Part shown: positions 20,886 through 31,666 of the stretch, piece after piece
Layout: the number at the start of each line of letters is the position of its first letter
Position numbering within the stretch: position 1 is the first letter of the stretch
Source: Candidatus Poribacteria bacterium
GTDB taxonomy: Bacteria > Poribacteria > WGA-4E > WGA-3G
Length of the DNA: 64,000 nucleotides
Assembly: GCA_965215265.1 (NCBI GenBank)
Contig: OZ244048.1
Location: 4,576,001-4,640,000 of the forward strand
Reading direction: 5' to 3'
Program-made: the position numbers and the translations under genes
The notes under the pieces: generated by a model
Seen by the model: only the letters and a program-made list of their open reading frames with translations
Told to the model about the DNA's origin: nothing
Databases searched by the model: none

Positions 20886-23828
20886 CTAATTACGTGCTTC
20901 AGGTATAACCGTGAACGTCACCCGGTTTCCATCCCGTAACACGATGACCTGAATCGGTTCTCCAATTTTCACTGCATCTAGGGCGTAGGTATAATCGTAG
21001 ATGTTGGCAATCTGTTGCCCACCAAATTCAACGATGATATCTCCGCCTTTTAAGCCTGCTTTATCAGCCGGCCCTCCTGCGCGGACACCTGAGAGTTTGA
21101 CACCTGCAATTTCAGTGGTATAGTCCGGAATCGTACCTAAATAGGCACGCAGCGTATCCCGAGAACCCCCACCACCTTGGCTCCGCTCGACTTCCTGATA
21201 GTCGAGACGTTCCGGTGCAGCCGCCACGTCTAAAATGAGGCCATGTCCCAACTGAACCAGGCGCGCCATGCCCTCATAATTGAGAGTTGCCGGGTCATCG
21301 GTTGGACGGTTGTAATCCTCATGGGCACCCGTGAAGAAATTCAGTACCGGTATCTTCTTTGGATAGAAGGCTGTCACATCCGTCGGTAGGTAAGGATCAG
21401 CTTGTAGCGTCAAGTTAAAACCGACTGGCACATTCCGTTTCTCAATCAGGGCAGGCCAACCCGACGAAGAACCGACACCTTGAAGTATCAACTTATTCTC
21501 GCGTAGTCTGCCTACCATATCAAAATTGATGTAGGCTCCAACTTTCTCTAATGGGATGCCCCCATGTTCAACGAAATAGGAGGAGCCGATCAGCCCCAAT
21601 TCTTCACCTGACCAGAGTGTGAACAGAACGCCTCTTTTAAGCTGATCACGTGATTCATTGAGCAGGGCAGCCAGCTCCAAAACAACAGCAGTACCGGAGG
21701 CGTTATCATCTGCACCGTTGTGAATCTGTCCCTCCTCGCCTTTCCGGGCTAGCGAACCGGTTTCACCGTAGCCGATGTGGTCGTAGTGTGCACCCACAAT
21801 GACGTACTCTGTTTCATCGTTAGCTTCCACTGCCGGAAGCAAGGCGACCACGTTCCTATCCTTTTTCTTTACCTTCTCAATAGAAACCGTGATTTTGACC
21901 TTCACATCTGGAAGCGCAAATTGTCCGACAAAGTGTGGATTTTCCTGATCGAGCTCGGATTGGATCGCTTTTAATTCTTTCCCCGAAGGTGCGAAGAGCT
22001 CTTTTGCTACAGTATTAGTAATCGATGCAGCGACAATCCCTGAATCGGCCAGGCTGCTATCAAACTTCAGGGGAATGAGTTCACCGGCGTTAGGAGAATT
22101 CGGACCAGCAACCACCAGAAACGCCTTTGCGCCATGTTCGCGTGCCTGCATCGCCTTATAACGTAAACCTGCATAACGATTCAGTTGCTGCCGGCGCTCA
22201 GATGAGACATCTTCTGGGACATAACGCAGGGCAACAACTATTTTGTCTTTCACGTCTATGCCAGCATACGCGTCGTATCCTTCGCCTATTTTTCCAGGAA
22301 CCGAGAACCCGTATCCGACAAACACAACCTCACCCTCAACCACACCGTTGCGTGAGAAGGAGAGCGGCACAAAATGTGTTTCTACATCGAATTCTGTCAC
22401 GGTTTCGGCATCTCCGCCACGTTTTGTTATCAAAAACCGGTTTTCATTCGGAATAATCTTCCTGCCGGCAGTGTATTCAAATGTCTGAAAGTAGCTTCCT
22501 GCATCACCGTAAGGTTTCAGGTTAAGCTGCTTGAACTGTGCAGCGATATAATCTGCTGCTTGTTTGGCCCCCTCGGAGCCGGTCATCCTGCCTTCAAGTG
22601 CATCGGAAGCGAGAAATTCGACGTGCTTTTGAATGTTAAGCTTCGCATCTCGTGCGGGCCCTGGTTTACTTAGATCTGCTTTTGGCTTTTGAGTTTCGGG
22701 TGCTGCTGCAAGTGCTGCTAAGGCTGCTTCGTGATTCCACTCAGCGAGATAGAGTTGTGAGATGCCTTGGCTGTTCCGATTGGATGTCCAGCACAACTTG
22801 TTCCCATCAGGCGAGAAAACCGGGAGCCCATCAAAGCCATCTTTATATGTCACGCGAATCGGTTCGTGTCGGCCTGCAGCATCAACGAGGTACAACTCAA
22901 AGTTGGAAAAACCTAATTTATTTGAGGCAAAAATTACGTAATTTCCAGAGGGGTGGAAATAGGGTGCCCAAGACATGCTGTCAAAGTCAGTGAGCCGTCG
23001 CACGCCGGTACCGTCCAGCCGCATCGTGTAGATATCCGCCTCGCTGCCATCCGCTGTGAAATGCCGCCACACGATGTGCTGACCGTCCGGGGTAAAGAAC
23101 GGACCGCCGTCGTAACCCGGCCAATCCGTCAGACGTTGCTGATCCGAACCGTCTGCGTTCATTAGGTAAATCTCCCCGAAATACGCTGGATCTATTTCTA
23201 ACTGTTTCAATTCCTTCGGTGTCAGCTGGCTTTTCGGATAGGCATGACGCAGTGAGCAGAAAACGATACGTTTGCCATCCGGAGAATAGGATGCCTCTGC
23301 ATCGTAGCCTGGTGCAGTTGTCAGCTGCTTGAGGTCGCTGCCATTACGATTTGCAGAGAAGATATCCATCGCTTCATCGTAATCCCAACTGTAACGCCGC
23401 GTTTTCCCAGAGCTCCGGAACGCCAATTCCTCTTCCTGCTTCGCCGTTGCAAATCTATCGTGATGCGTTGAGGCGTAAAGCACCTCCTCACTGCCGGGGC
23501 GAAAGAATGCGCACGTTGTTTTTCCGTATCCAGGTGAGACGCGATGCGTAGCACCGCTCAACAAATCTAACAGATAAATTTGATAGAACGGATTATCCGG
23601 TTCGCGTTCGCTCTGGAAAATCAGCGAATTGCCGTCTTGTGAAAAATAACCCTCGCCGGCACGTTTGCCTGCATAAGTCAACTGCCGGATGTTGCTGAGC
23701 AAGTTTGACTCTTCGGCATGCACGTTCGCATCTTTACTTAGAAATGCTGCAGCACACATCGCACACAAAAAAAATATCCACGTATTTGGGCCGGTCGTCC
23801 GGCCCGTCATTCCGCTCACGAATCGCAT
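20886..23828 (-). CDS. M28 family peptidase with N-terminal TolB-like (PD40) propeller, PA and PDZ domains
   Basis: FSPDG repeats; GAHYDH, NGADDNASG, GEELG and NFDMVGR motifs; C-terminal GGPADKAGL PDZ domain. Confidence 0.9.
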   Translation of the reverse strand: MRFVSGMTGRTTGPNTWIFFLCAMCAAAFLSKDANVHAEESNLLSNIRQLTYAGKRAGEGYFSQDGNSLIFQSEREPDNPFYQIYLLDLLSGATHRVSPGYGKTTCAFFRPGSEEVLYASTHHDRFATAKQEEELAFRSSGKTRRYSWDYDEAMDIFSANRNGSDLKQLTTAPGYDAEASYSPDGKRIVFCSLRHAYPKSQLTPKELKQLEIDPAYFGEIYLMNADGSDQQRLTDWPGYDGGPFFTPDGQHIVWRHFTADGSEADIYTMRLDGTGVRRLTDFDSMSWAPYFHPSGNYVIFASNKLGFSNFELYLVDAAGRHEPIRVTYKDGFDGLPVFSPDGNKLCWTSNRNSQGISQLYLAEWNHEAALAALAAAPETQKPKADLSKPGPARDAKLNIQKHVEFLASDALEGRMTGSEGAKQAADYIAAQFKQLNLKPYGDAGSYFQTFEYTAGRKIIPNENRFLITKRGGDAETVTEFDVETHFVPLSFSRNGVVEGEVVFVGYGFSVPGKIGEGYDAYAGIDVKDKIVVALRYVPEDVSSERRQQLNRYAGLRYKAMQAREHGAKAFLVVAGPNSPNAGELIPLKFDSSLADSGIVAASITNTVAKELFAPSGKELKAIQSELDQENPHFVGQFALPDVKVKITVSIEKVKKKDRNVVALLPAVEANDETEYVIVGAHYDHIGYGETGSLARKGEEGQIHNGADDNASGTAVVLELAALLNESRDQLKRGVLFTLWSGEELGLIGSSYFVEHGGIPLEKVGAYINFDMVGRLRENKLILQGVGSSSGWPALIEKRNVPVGFNLTLQADPYLPTDVTAFYPKKIPVLNFFTGAHEDYNRPTDDPATLNYEGMARLVQLGHGLILDVAAAPERLDYQEVERSQGGGGSRDTLRAYLGTIPDYTTEIAGVKLSGVRAGGPADKAGLKGGDIIVEFGGQQIANIYDYTYALDAVKIGEPIQVIVLRDGNRVTFTVIPEARN

Positions 23829-23856
23829 GTTCTAGCTCCTCTTGTAGTTCTTCATG

Positions 23857-24708
23857 CTACAGGTACTCCGCTGCCATCTCTTTGAGGAACGCCAGCCCGT
23901 CTGTTGCGAGGCTCTCCGCACTGGGGGCGATGTCGCGCCAAATGCATGTGGCGGCGGCAATCTCTTTGACAGCCGGGGTAAACGACTCAATGACTAACCA
24001 CCTATCATAATTAAGGCTGCCAAGTGCACCAAAAACCTCTGGCCAATTCACCAGCCCTGTGCCGGGGGTGCCCCGGTCGTTTTCACAGCAATGGACGTGA
24101 TGCAGAAAATCGCCTGTTTCTTGTATCGCCTTCCCTTGATTCTTTTCCTCAATGTTCATGTGGAACGTATCGAGATGTACTTTAAAGTACGGGCTTTTAA
24201 CCGCCTCTGCGAGTTTGACTGCATCTTCGGCAATATTGACAAAGTAAGTTTCAAACCGGTTGAGCGGTTCACTGGCAAGCGTTACGCCATGTTTGCCTGC
24301 AAATTCAGAGACTTCTTGCAGACCTGCAACGCACCAATCCCACTCCTGCTGGTTTCTTGCGCGTCCGACCAGTTTTCCGACTGCACTATACATAGGTCCA
24401 ACGTATGTATCGCCGCCTAACTCTGCAATAATTTCAATTGCACGTTTTAGGTAAACTTTCGCATTTTCGCGAATCGCCGGGTCTTCGTCTATTGGGTTTC
24501 TATCGGGGCTCATGATATTGCAGCCGATCGCTTGCAGTCCTGTCTGTTTGAGAACTGCTTGCGTATACGGAATATCGACGGTTTCCGGGTCAAAAATTGG
24601 AATTTCAACGCCATCAAACCCCATTTCGGCGACTTTCGGAATCAGTTCCACCGTTTCCCGGTCAAACTTATCCGCCCAGAGTAGTAAATTAACACCAAAT
24701 TTTGGCAT
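23857..24708 (-). CDS. D-psicose/D-tagatose 3-epimerase family sugar epimerase
   Basis: EPLNRFET, LDTFHMNIEE, ENDRG and IESF motifs. Confidence 0.85.
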   Translation of the reverse strand: MPKFGVNLLLWADKFDRETVELIPKVAEMGFDGVEIPIFDPETVDIPYTQAVLKQTGLQAIGCNIMSPDRNPIDEDPAIRENAKVYLKRAIEIIAELGGDTYVGPMYSAVGKLVGRARNQQEWDWCVAGLQEVSEFAGKHGVTLASEPLNRFETYFVNIAEDAVKLAEAVKSPYFKVHLDTFHMNIEEKNQGKAIQETGDFLHHVHCCENDRGTPGTGLVNWPEVFGALGSLNYDRWLVIESFTPAVKEIAAATCIWRDIAPSAESLATDGLAFLKEMAAEYL

Positions 24709-24878
24709 TCTTTTTCGTGCTCCTTATTGAGTCTTTTACTTCACTTAATGTAATATAGCATAAATCGCGAAGGATTTCAAGGGTATTTGGCCCTCTTTTT
24801 CTGTTCCGAGATTTTAAAGGGCATACTCTCAAAAGATAAGGAAGGTACTGTTCGTGTGCTTGTGTTGTATCTGTATCG

Positions 24879-26195
24879 CTATTTGTTAGTCGAGGCAAAT
24901 AGGTATTTCCGTGACAATACTGTCAGGGATACGCCGCGTGCGATGAGGAGCACGGTCAGCGCTCCCCACAGCCCATGATTCCCGAACGGGCTCAACAGAT
25001 AAACAGCACCTAAGAAGAGCAGCGTTGAGAGGATAACTGAATTTCGTAAAGCTTTAGACGCAGTGGCCCCGAGGAAAATGCCATCCCAAATGTAGGCGGC
25101 GACGTTGATGACCGGTGCAACAACAATCCAAAACAGATAAGGTTTCGCTCGCGTCACCAACTCGGTTTGCGTCGTGAAAGACCTGAGTAAAGGTTCCGCA
25201 AACAGACCAAAAAGCAACATTAAGCACAACCCGAATAGAAATGCCCAGGAGAAGACCGTGCGTGTTGTCCGTTTCAAGTTCTGCATATCGCGCGCCCCTT
25301 TGTACTTGCCGACGAGGCTCTCCGCAGCGAAAGCGAAACCGTCAATTGCATAGGACATAAGATTAATAAATTGAAGCAGGATCGTGTTAATTGCTAACAC
25401 AGTATCACTCAAGCCAGCAGATTTGGCGGTGAAAAAAGCGTGACTAAAAACGAGACAACTCGTGCGGATGAAGATGTCGCTGCTAATGTATACGAATCTC
25501 TTAAGTTTAGACGGTGCGAGAACAGCGCGCAGGTCTGCCCCGCTAACGAGGCTCCAATAACGCGTAAAAAATAGAATAACTGCCAAGAGTAGGCCGATAT
25601 ACTGTGCGATGACGGTTGCCAAAGCGATGCCATCTATGTCCATACCGAAGAATTTAATAAACAGTAGATTCAGTCCTATGTTCACGCAGTTAACGAGAAT
25701 CGTTAATAGCATCGGATAGTGTGCATTCTGTAAACCCAAAAAAACGCCGTGGAACGCGTGTAGGCAAAGTGTCGCAGGGGCGGCAGCGATGCGGATGTGA
25801 AAATAGACACGAGCCAGCCGTTCAACTTCCGTGCTGGCATCAATCAAGGCGAAACTGATATCCGCAAATAAGCGTTGAAGAACGAGCAGCAGAATGCTGC
25901 CTGTTAGTGCGATGAGAAGCCCTCGCATCAGTAAATGTCCGCACTCCGGTTTATCTTTTTTCCCGAATGCTTGGGCAACGAGTCCTGTCATCGCCATTCT
26001 CAGGAACCCAAAGCCCCAATAGATAAAACTGAAGATAACGCCCCCGATGCCGACAGCACCGAGGTAGTATTCGGAACCCAACCGCCCCATCAGTGCTGTG
26101 TCAACAGCACCCAAGAGAGGTATAGAGAAATTGCTAAGGATATTTGGAATCGCGAGACGGACAATCTGCTTATTGAGACTTTCAGGTTTGTGCAT
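24879..26195 (-). CDS. dinF: MATE family efflux transporter (DinF-like)
   Basis: LAIPNILSN, PLLGAVDTA, FGFLRM, DIFIRT and DGFAFAAE motifs. Confidence 0.8.
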   Translation of the reverse strand: MHKPESLNKQIVRLAIPNILSNFSIPLLGAVDTALMGRLGSEYYLGAVGIGGVIFSFIYWGFGFLRMAMTGLVAQAFGKKDKPECGHLLMRGLLIALTGSILLLVLQRLFADISFALIDASTEVERLARVYFHIRIAAAPATLCLHAFHGVFLGLQNAHYPMLLTILVNCVNIGLNLLFIKFFGMDIDGIALATVIAQYIGLLLAVILFFTRYWSLVSGADLRAVLAPSKLKRFVYISSDIFIRTSCLVFSHAFFTAKSAGLSDTVLAINTILLQFINLMSYAIDGFAFAAESLVGKYKGARDMQNLKRTTRTVFSWAFLFGLCLMLLFGLFAEPLLRSFTTQTELVTRAKPYLFWIVVAPVINVAAYIWDGIFLGATASKALRNSVILSTLLFLGAVYLLSPFGNHGLWGALTVLLIARGVSLTVLSRKYLFASTNK

Positions 26196-26423
26196 CGGTT
26201 TTTCCGTTCGGTTGTGTTCTATTTCTGTTACGCACAATTTACCTGAAATGCCGATGAAACGCAAGCAGGGCTATTTAGTTTTCGGTTTCTCGAAACAGCC
26301 CGGGAAAATACCAATGCTAAAAAACTACAAACGAAGCTGTGCTGAAGAAAATTCTTAGATTCTGAAACCAACTATAAAAATTCTTTTGCAATTTCGGGTA
26401 AAATTCGCTATACTATTATAACA

Positions 26424-27320
26424 ATGAAAGATTGGTGTTATGAATTTGCCACCAAAATGATCGGAGCATTCGTCCGTTGTTTGCCGCATTCGGTTGCATT
26501 AGTTGTCGGCGGTTTCTTAGGACGGCTAGGCTTCTGGTTGGCAGCTCGGGAACGCACGGTTGCATGTACACAACTGGAACGGAGCCTGAACTTATCGGAT
26601 GGCCAGCACGTCCGTTTTCTGGTGAAGAGATGCTTTGAAAACCTTGGGAAGACAGCGATTGAATTCCTACGGTTTCCGCGGATGAGTGCTAGAGATTTTC
26701 AGGAATATGTCAGGTTTGAAGGTGTGTCGCATGTGAAAGATGCGCTCGCGCGTGGGAAGGGTGCTATTATCCTGAGCGCGCACTTCGGGAATTGGGAGCT
26801 GCTTGCAGCAAGCTTCTCGGCACATGTCGCCCCACTGACACCGATTGTCCGCGAATTGCGTTCAGTGCGTTTAAACGCGTTGGTGCAAGCCTATCGTGCA
26901 GAGGCGGGGTATGTAACGATTGACAGAACCCGCGGCTTGCGACACGCACTTCGATGCCTTAAACGCAATGAATTGATTGGAATTGTCGCAGATGTCGATA
27001 CTCGCGTTAACGGTGTGTTCGTTGACTTTTTCGGGCGGCTCGCCTATACCCCATACAGTCCCGTGGCAATCGCACTCAAAACCGGCGCGGCGATACTACC
27101 GGCTTTTATTGTCCGTCAATCCGACGGAAGTCACCGGGCAATTATTGAACCACCCCTGGCGCTGCAACGCACCGACGGGAGAGAACTAGAACTTGTTATT
27201 AATACGCAAAAATTTACCAAAATTATTGAAGCATACATCCTTCAATATCCAGAACAGTGGATTTGGATGCATGAACGGTGGAAAACCCGTCCTAACGCCG
27301 AACGGAAGCAGGCATGCTAA
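26424..27320 (+). CDS. Lipid A late acyltransferase (LpxL/HtrB family)
   Basis: HFGNWE, FVDFFG and PEQWIWMHERWK motifs. Confidence 0.85.
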   Translation: MKDWCYEFATKMIGAFVRCLPHSVALVVGGFLGRLGFWLAARERTVACTQLERSLNLSDGQHVRFLVKRCFENLGKTAIEFLRFPRMSARDFQEYVRFEGVSHVKDALARGKGAIILSAHFGNWELLAASFSAHVAPLTPIVRELRSVRLNALVQAYRAEAGYVTIDRTRGLRHALRCLKRNELIGIVADVDTRVNGVFVDFFGRLAYTPYSPVAIALKTGAAILPAFIVRQSDGSHRAIIEPPLALQRTDGRELELVINTQKFTKIIEAYILQYPEQWIWMHERWKTRPNAERKQAC

Positions 27321-27321
27321 G

Positions 27322-27873
27322 ATGCACTTATCTGTACTCTGGTTAAGCATCTGCCTTGTTTCCTTGCTATCCATAAGCTGCAGGGATACGGAAAAACCGG
27401 TCGCTGAACCGGTTGCGGGTACACCCGGGCAAAAACTCGACAGGTTTTCTACGCAACACACCGAAGCCGGTACACTCAAATGGACGTTAGTGGGTGAGGC
27501 TGCGGCTTCTTTTCAGCAGGATTTTGTTGAAGTGGACAATCCGACGGTCGAAATTTTTGAGGACGGTAACGTTTCTATAAAACTAACGAGTAAAAAGGGG
27601 ATCCATTTTCTGAGAGGTACTGAGAAAGACAACTTGCATCTATCCGGGAATGTCGTCGGAATGAGTAATGATGGCGAATTATATACGGAAGAACTACATT
27701 GGCTCAACCGCACAGGCTTATTATACGCACCCAATCAGGCAACAGTTGTGCGGGGCGATTCCACTTGGACCGGGGTTAAAATGCAAGCAAATCCGACACT
27801 TGAAACAGTCAAAATGGAAAAAAATCAATTCAAAATTTATACAAAAGATGAGAAAATAGATGAATTACAGTAG
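27322..27873 (+). CDS. lptC: LPS export periplasmic protein LptC (lipoprotein-type N-terminus)
   Basis: LSGNV and LYTEELHW beta-jellyroll pattern; position upstream of lptAB; LSISC lipobox-like. Confidence 0.75.
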   Translation: MHLSVLWLSICLVSLLSISCRDTEKPVAEPVAGTPGQKLDRFSTQHTEAGTLKWTLVGEAAASFQQDFVEVDNPTVEIFEDGNVSIKLTSKKGIHFLRGTEKDNLHLSGNVVGMSNDGELYTEELHWLNRTGLLYAPNQATVVRGDSTWTGVKMQANPTLETVKMEKNQFKIYTKDEKIDELQ

Positions 27874-28900
27874 CATTCAGAAGGCTTGCGAATTACGGTA
27901 CATTAAAAAAGGCAATACCCGGCATTTCTCTTATTACCTATGTCTCTTATGTCTCTTTGTGGGTTCTGTGGTCCTCACAGCGCTGGCAGAAGATACAGCA
28001 GCGCCCGAAAATAGCGACGAAGTTATTCAAATTGAAACCGAAACCCCGTCTGAAGAGACAGAAGAGAAAGCTGATGTTCCAGAGAATGATGGTAAAGCTG
28101 ATGAAAAAAATAGTGATGGCAGTCCGCCACCACAAAAAACAGACAGGCAAACGGGGACACCTGAAACTGGAACGGACGAGGCAGATGAAGAAGGTGAAGA
28201 AATTAACGGCAGTGCAGACAATCTGGAAAGATATGAAAAAGACGGCATAACAATTCTTACGGGAAACGTCAAAATCTTACGCACCAACGGCTACTTGCAC
28301 GCGGATAAGGTGACTTTTTATACTGAACCAGAAACAGACACAACGGTCCGGACAGTTGCAGAAAGCAACGTCGAAATTCGAGATGCAGAGCTCTTTGCAA
28401 CATGTGAACATGCTACCATGGACCATCTCACAAACACAATTATCCTCAAAGAGGACGTGGTGGTGATTCAAAATAAAGATAGACTGGAAACGACGCTTTT
28501 CACCTATAATAGAACGACCGGAAAACAGTTTGCCGAAGGGAATGTTAAGTTTAAGGTTCGAGTTACAGAAGCGGAACCGGTGCCTGCAGAAGAGACACAG
28601 ACAGAGACAGGCGAAGAGAGCGACGGTGCTAGTGGAGACACACCGCTATCAGTAACAGATGAAGAAGACAAAGAACGCACAGAAGATGAGAAAGGGCAAA
28701 GTGACGAAACAGCGACAGAAAAAAAAGTGGAAACTCCTGAAAATGCTAATGAGCAGGACGGACAAGAAAACGGAGATGGCAACGCCGGGAAAGAAGACGG
28801 TGAAAACCCGCCAGAAGCAGACGAAGATTCGGAAACTTCTGGAGAAGAGAGCGAAGCTCAAGATGAAAAGCCTGAAGAGGAGGCAACGGAGCAAGATTAG
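27860..28900 (+). CDS. lptA: LptA/OstA family protein with long acidic extensions
   Basis: LTGNVKI and ADKVTF OstA-like core; lies between lptC and lptB. Confidence 0.7.
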   Translation: MNYSSIQKACELRYIKKGNTRHFSYYLCLLCLFVGSVVLTALAEDTAAPENSDEVIQIETETPSEETEEKADVPENDGKADEKNSDGSPPPQKTDRQTGTPETGTDEADEEGEEINGSADNLERYEKDGITILTGNVKILRTNGYLHADKVTFYTEPETDTTVRTVAESNVEIRDAELFATCEHATMDHLTNTIILKEDVVVIQNKDRLETTLFTYNRTTGKQFAEGNVKFKVRVTEAEPVPAEETQTETGEESDGASGDTPLSVTDEEDKERTEDEKGQSDETATEKKVETPENANEQDGQENGDGNAGKEDGENPPEADEDSETSGEESEAQDEKPEEEATEQD

Positions 28901-29724
28901 TGACTATAGAACTTCAAACACACAGTCTTGTAAAACGGTATACGCGCCGGGGCGTACTTGTTGTTAACGAAGTGAGTTTATCCGTTAGACAAGGTGAAAT
29001 TGTAGGGTTGCTCGGGCCGAATGGGGCTGGCAAATCAACTACGTTCTATATGGTAGTCGGGTTAATACAACCGAATTCGGGACGGATTACCTACGGTGGT
29101 AGGGATATCACCTTTATGCCGATGTACCAACGTGCCCGGCTCGGCATCGGTTACCTCGCGCAAGAGACCTCCATTTTCCGGAAACTGACAGTTAGAAAAA
29201 ACCTTGAGGCAATTCTGGAAGTGCAGCGTACCCCGAAGGAGGAGCGAGAATCGCGTATTCAGGAATTGACAACAGAATTGGGTATCTCAGAGCTCTTAGA
29301 GCGGAAAGCGTATACGCTCTCCGGTGGTGAAAGGCGGCGGGCTGAAATAGCACGAGCACTGGCTGCCGATCCTGCGTTCATTTTACTTGATGAACCGCTC
29401 TCTGGTATAGATCCTATCGCGATCGCGGATATTAAGCTGCTCATCGCACATTTACGCGAACGAGACCTCGGGATTCTCATCACAGACCACAATGCCTCTG
29501 AGACGCTCGACATTGTTGACCGGGCATACCTTATCGCCGACGGAAAGATTACGGTATCAGGAACCCCAGAGGAACTCGTCAACAACCAGCTGGCGAGGGA
29601 ACTCTATTTTGGGCACCACTTCCACTACCGACTCGTAAACTCTGGAAGAAGCGAGGCACCGAACCCCCTAAATACTGCCACTGCTTTAGATACTGAACGC
29701 AGAACACCTCAAGGCGGTACTTAA
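28900..29724 (+). CDS. lptB: LPS export ABC transporter ATP-binding protein
   Basis: GPNGAGKST, LSGGERRR, LLDEP and ITDHN motifs. Confidence 0.92.
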   Translation: MTIELQTHSLVKRYTRRGVLVVNEVSLSVRQGEIVGLLGPNGAGKSTTFYMVVGLIQPNSGRITYGGRDITFMPMYQRARLGIGYLAQETSIFRKLTVRKNLEAILEVQRTPKEERESRIQELTTELGISELLERKAYTLSGGERRRAEIARALAADPAFILLDEPLSGIDPIAIADIKLLIAHLRERDLGILITDHNASETLDIVDRAYLIADGKITVSGTPEELVNNQLARELYFGHHFHYRLVNSGRSEAPNPLNTATALDTERRTPQGGT

Positions 29725-29769
29725 TTCGAGACATGCACGACATATCTGCTTGATGAAGGGGTATATAAA

Positions 29770-31545
29770 ATGATCAAGCCTAAGATGAACCCTACACCTC
29801 AACTGAAACATAAAGTTGTCATAACGCCTCAGTTGCAGCAAGCAATTAACGTACTTGGTATGCCTCAGGGGGAACTCAAGCAATTTATCGCACTAGAATT
29901 GGAGGAGAACCCACTTCTGGAAATTAAAGAGGAATACGAAACGGTGCTGCTTGAAGAAGCAGAGGCAAATGAATATGTCGTGGATGTACATACGAAGGAG
30001 GAGGCTGTTGATGTCGACTGGGAATTAGTGCTGAATGACCGAATTTCAACGAGTGAGTGGACAAATACACGTTATGCAGAAACAGATGAACCGTCTATAG
30101 ACATCGCGGCACCTTTGTCACTGCACGATTACCTGATGGAGCAACTGCAGCATGGCGAATTCGACGAAATCGAATCTCTTATTGCAGAGCACATCCTCGG
30201 GAATTTAAATGACGATGGACAACTCCAACTGAAACTGTTTGAAATTCCACGCAAATTTGAAAGAGAATTGGATAAGAGAAATATATCCAGGAAATTGCAC
30301 ACTGTTATTGAGAAGAACCTGCAAAACGTAACCGGCGACAGTACGAAGTGGTTATCATCATCAGCAACTGTTCAGTTAAAAACCCCGGATGCTGTTGGCG
30401 ATGGAGGCCGTTGGAAAATCATTGACTGTGAGAACCGTAATACCTATACTATCGTAACGAATGGAACGGCTCCGCTCGATTTTTATCAACTCACTTTGGA
30501 GGATATCGCCGAGGAAGTTGGCTGTGACGTAGCCATGGTCGAACAGGTCCTTCGTAAAATTCAGAACACTTTTGAACCCGTCGGCATTGCTTATAGAGAT
30601 GTAAGGGAGGCACTGCTGATTCAGATTCGCAATTATGATGCTACTAACAGTGATGAGCCACATCCGCTCGCGGAAGCGATCTTGGAAAATCATTTTACCG
30701 GTTTGTTGCATCAGCAGTTAGATGAGATAGCAGAGGCATTAGGGGTAGATATCTCGGAGGTTCAAGACGCAAAACGGTGGATTGGGACGTTGTCTCCGTA
30801 TCCGGGCCGCGGTTTTTCACATCCGAATACAAGCATGGCGAGAAATGTCGGGGCAACTGGCGCTATTGATTACGCGGTGCCTATCCTCCCTGATGTTGAA
30901 ATTCGGCGCGTGGATTTCGGTGCTGCTACTGCAGATGAGCCATTTCATGTTATCATTGCCGACGACGACATACCGCGATTGAAGTTAAATTCTTACTACG
31001 TCAACCTCCTGCAAACCTCCAGCCCGAAACTTGATTCGGAAGCAAAAGCCTGGATAGAAGAACGGTATCGCGATGCCTCTTATTTAATGAACAGTATAGC
31101 ACACCGCGAACGGACAATTGTCCGAGTTACAAAAGCAATTTTCGAGGAACAATCAAAGTTCTTAACCGAAGGTATAAGTGGGATCGGACCCTTAACGCTC
31201 AGTACAATTGCTGAACGGATCGGTGTCCACGAGTCAACAGTGAGTCGCGTCACAAGCAATAAATATGTTGAAACGCCTTACGGTTTATATCCGTTAAGGT
31301 TTTTCTTTAGCAATGAAGTAACCACTGCGCACGGGGAGGGCGTTTCCGCCCGCCAGGTTAAAGTGCACATTAAGAAACTAATCCAGGGAGAAGTTCCAGA
31401 GACACCACTCAGTGACCAGGCTGTCAGTGATGCCTTGAAATCAAAAGGGATTCACATTGCCCGGCGGACTGTACAGAAATATCGTGAAGAATTAGGTATT
31501 CCATCATCTCGGCAAAGACGGCAAAGACGCAGTGCTAAAGTTTAG
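29770..31545 (+). CDS. rpoN: RNA polymerase sigma-54 factor with an internal insertion
   Basis: TPQLQQAI, HESTVSR and RpoN box ARRTVQKYRE. Confidence 0.93.
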   Translation: MIKPKMNPTPQLKHKVVITPQLQQAINVLGMPQGELKQFIALELEENPLLEIKEEYETVLLEEAEANEYVVDVHTKEEAVDVDWELVLNDRISTSEWTNTRYAETDEPSIDIAAPLSLHDYLMEQLQHGEFDEIESLIAEHILGNLNDDGQLQLKLFEIPRKFERELDKRNISRKLHTVIEKNLQNVTGDSTKWLSSSATVQLKTPDAVGDGGRWKIIDCENRNTYTIVTNGTAPLDFYQLTLEDIAEEVGCDVAMVEQVLRKIQNTFEPVGIAYRDVREALLIQIRNYDATNSDEPHPLAEAILENHFTGLLHQQLDEIAEALGVDISEVQDAKRWIGTLSPYPGRGFSHPNTSMARNVGATGAIDYAVPILPDVEIRRVDFGAATADEPFHVIIADDDIPRLKLNSYYVNLLQTSSPKLDSEAKAWIEERYRDASYLMNSIAHRERTIVRVTKAIFEEQSKFLTEGISGIGPLTLSTIAERIGVHESTVSRVTSNKYVETPYGLYPLRFFFSNEVTTAHGEGVSARQVKVHIKKLIQGEVPETPLSDQAVSDALKSKGIHIARRTVQKYREELGIPSSRQRRQRRSAKV

Positions 31546-31666
31546 TTCACGTAATATGAGTTCAGCTGGCCCGTCTAAAAAAACATGCTGGCTAAACTCG
31601 CAACACGCGGAGCAGAAGGTTGATATCAACTTAGCCTTATGGGTTCCGGAAAAAAGAAGGATGGTT

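Noticed and set aside
30226-30492. Intein in rpoN
   Set aside because: No N-terminal Cys/Ser or C-terminal His-Asn followed by Cys/Ser/Thr, and too short
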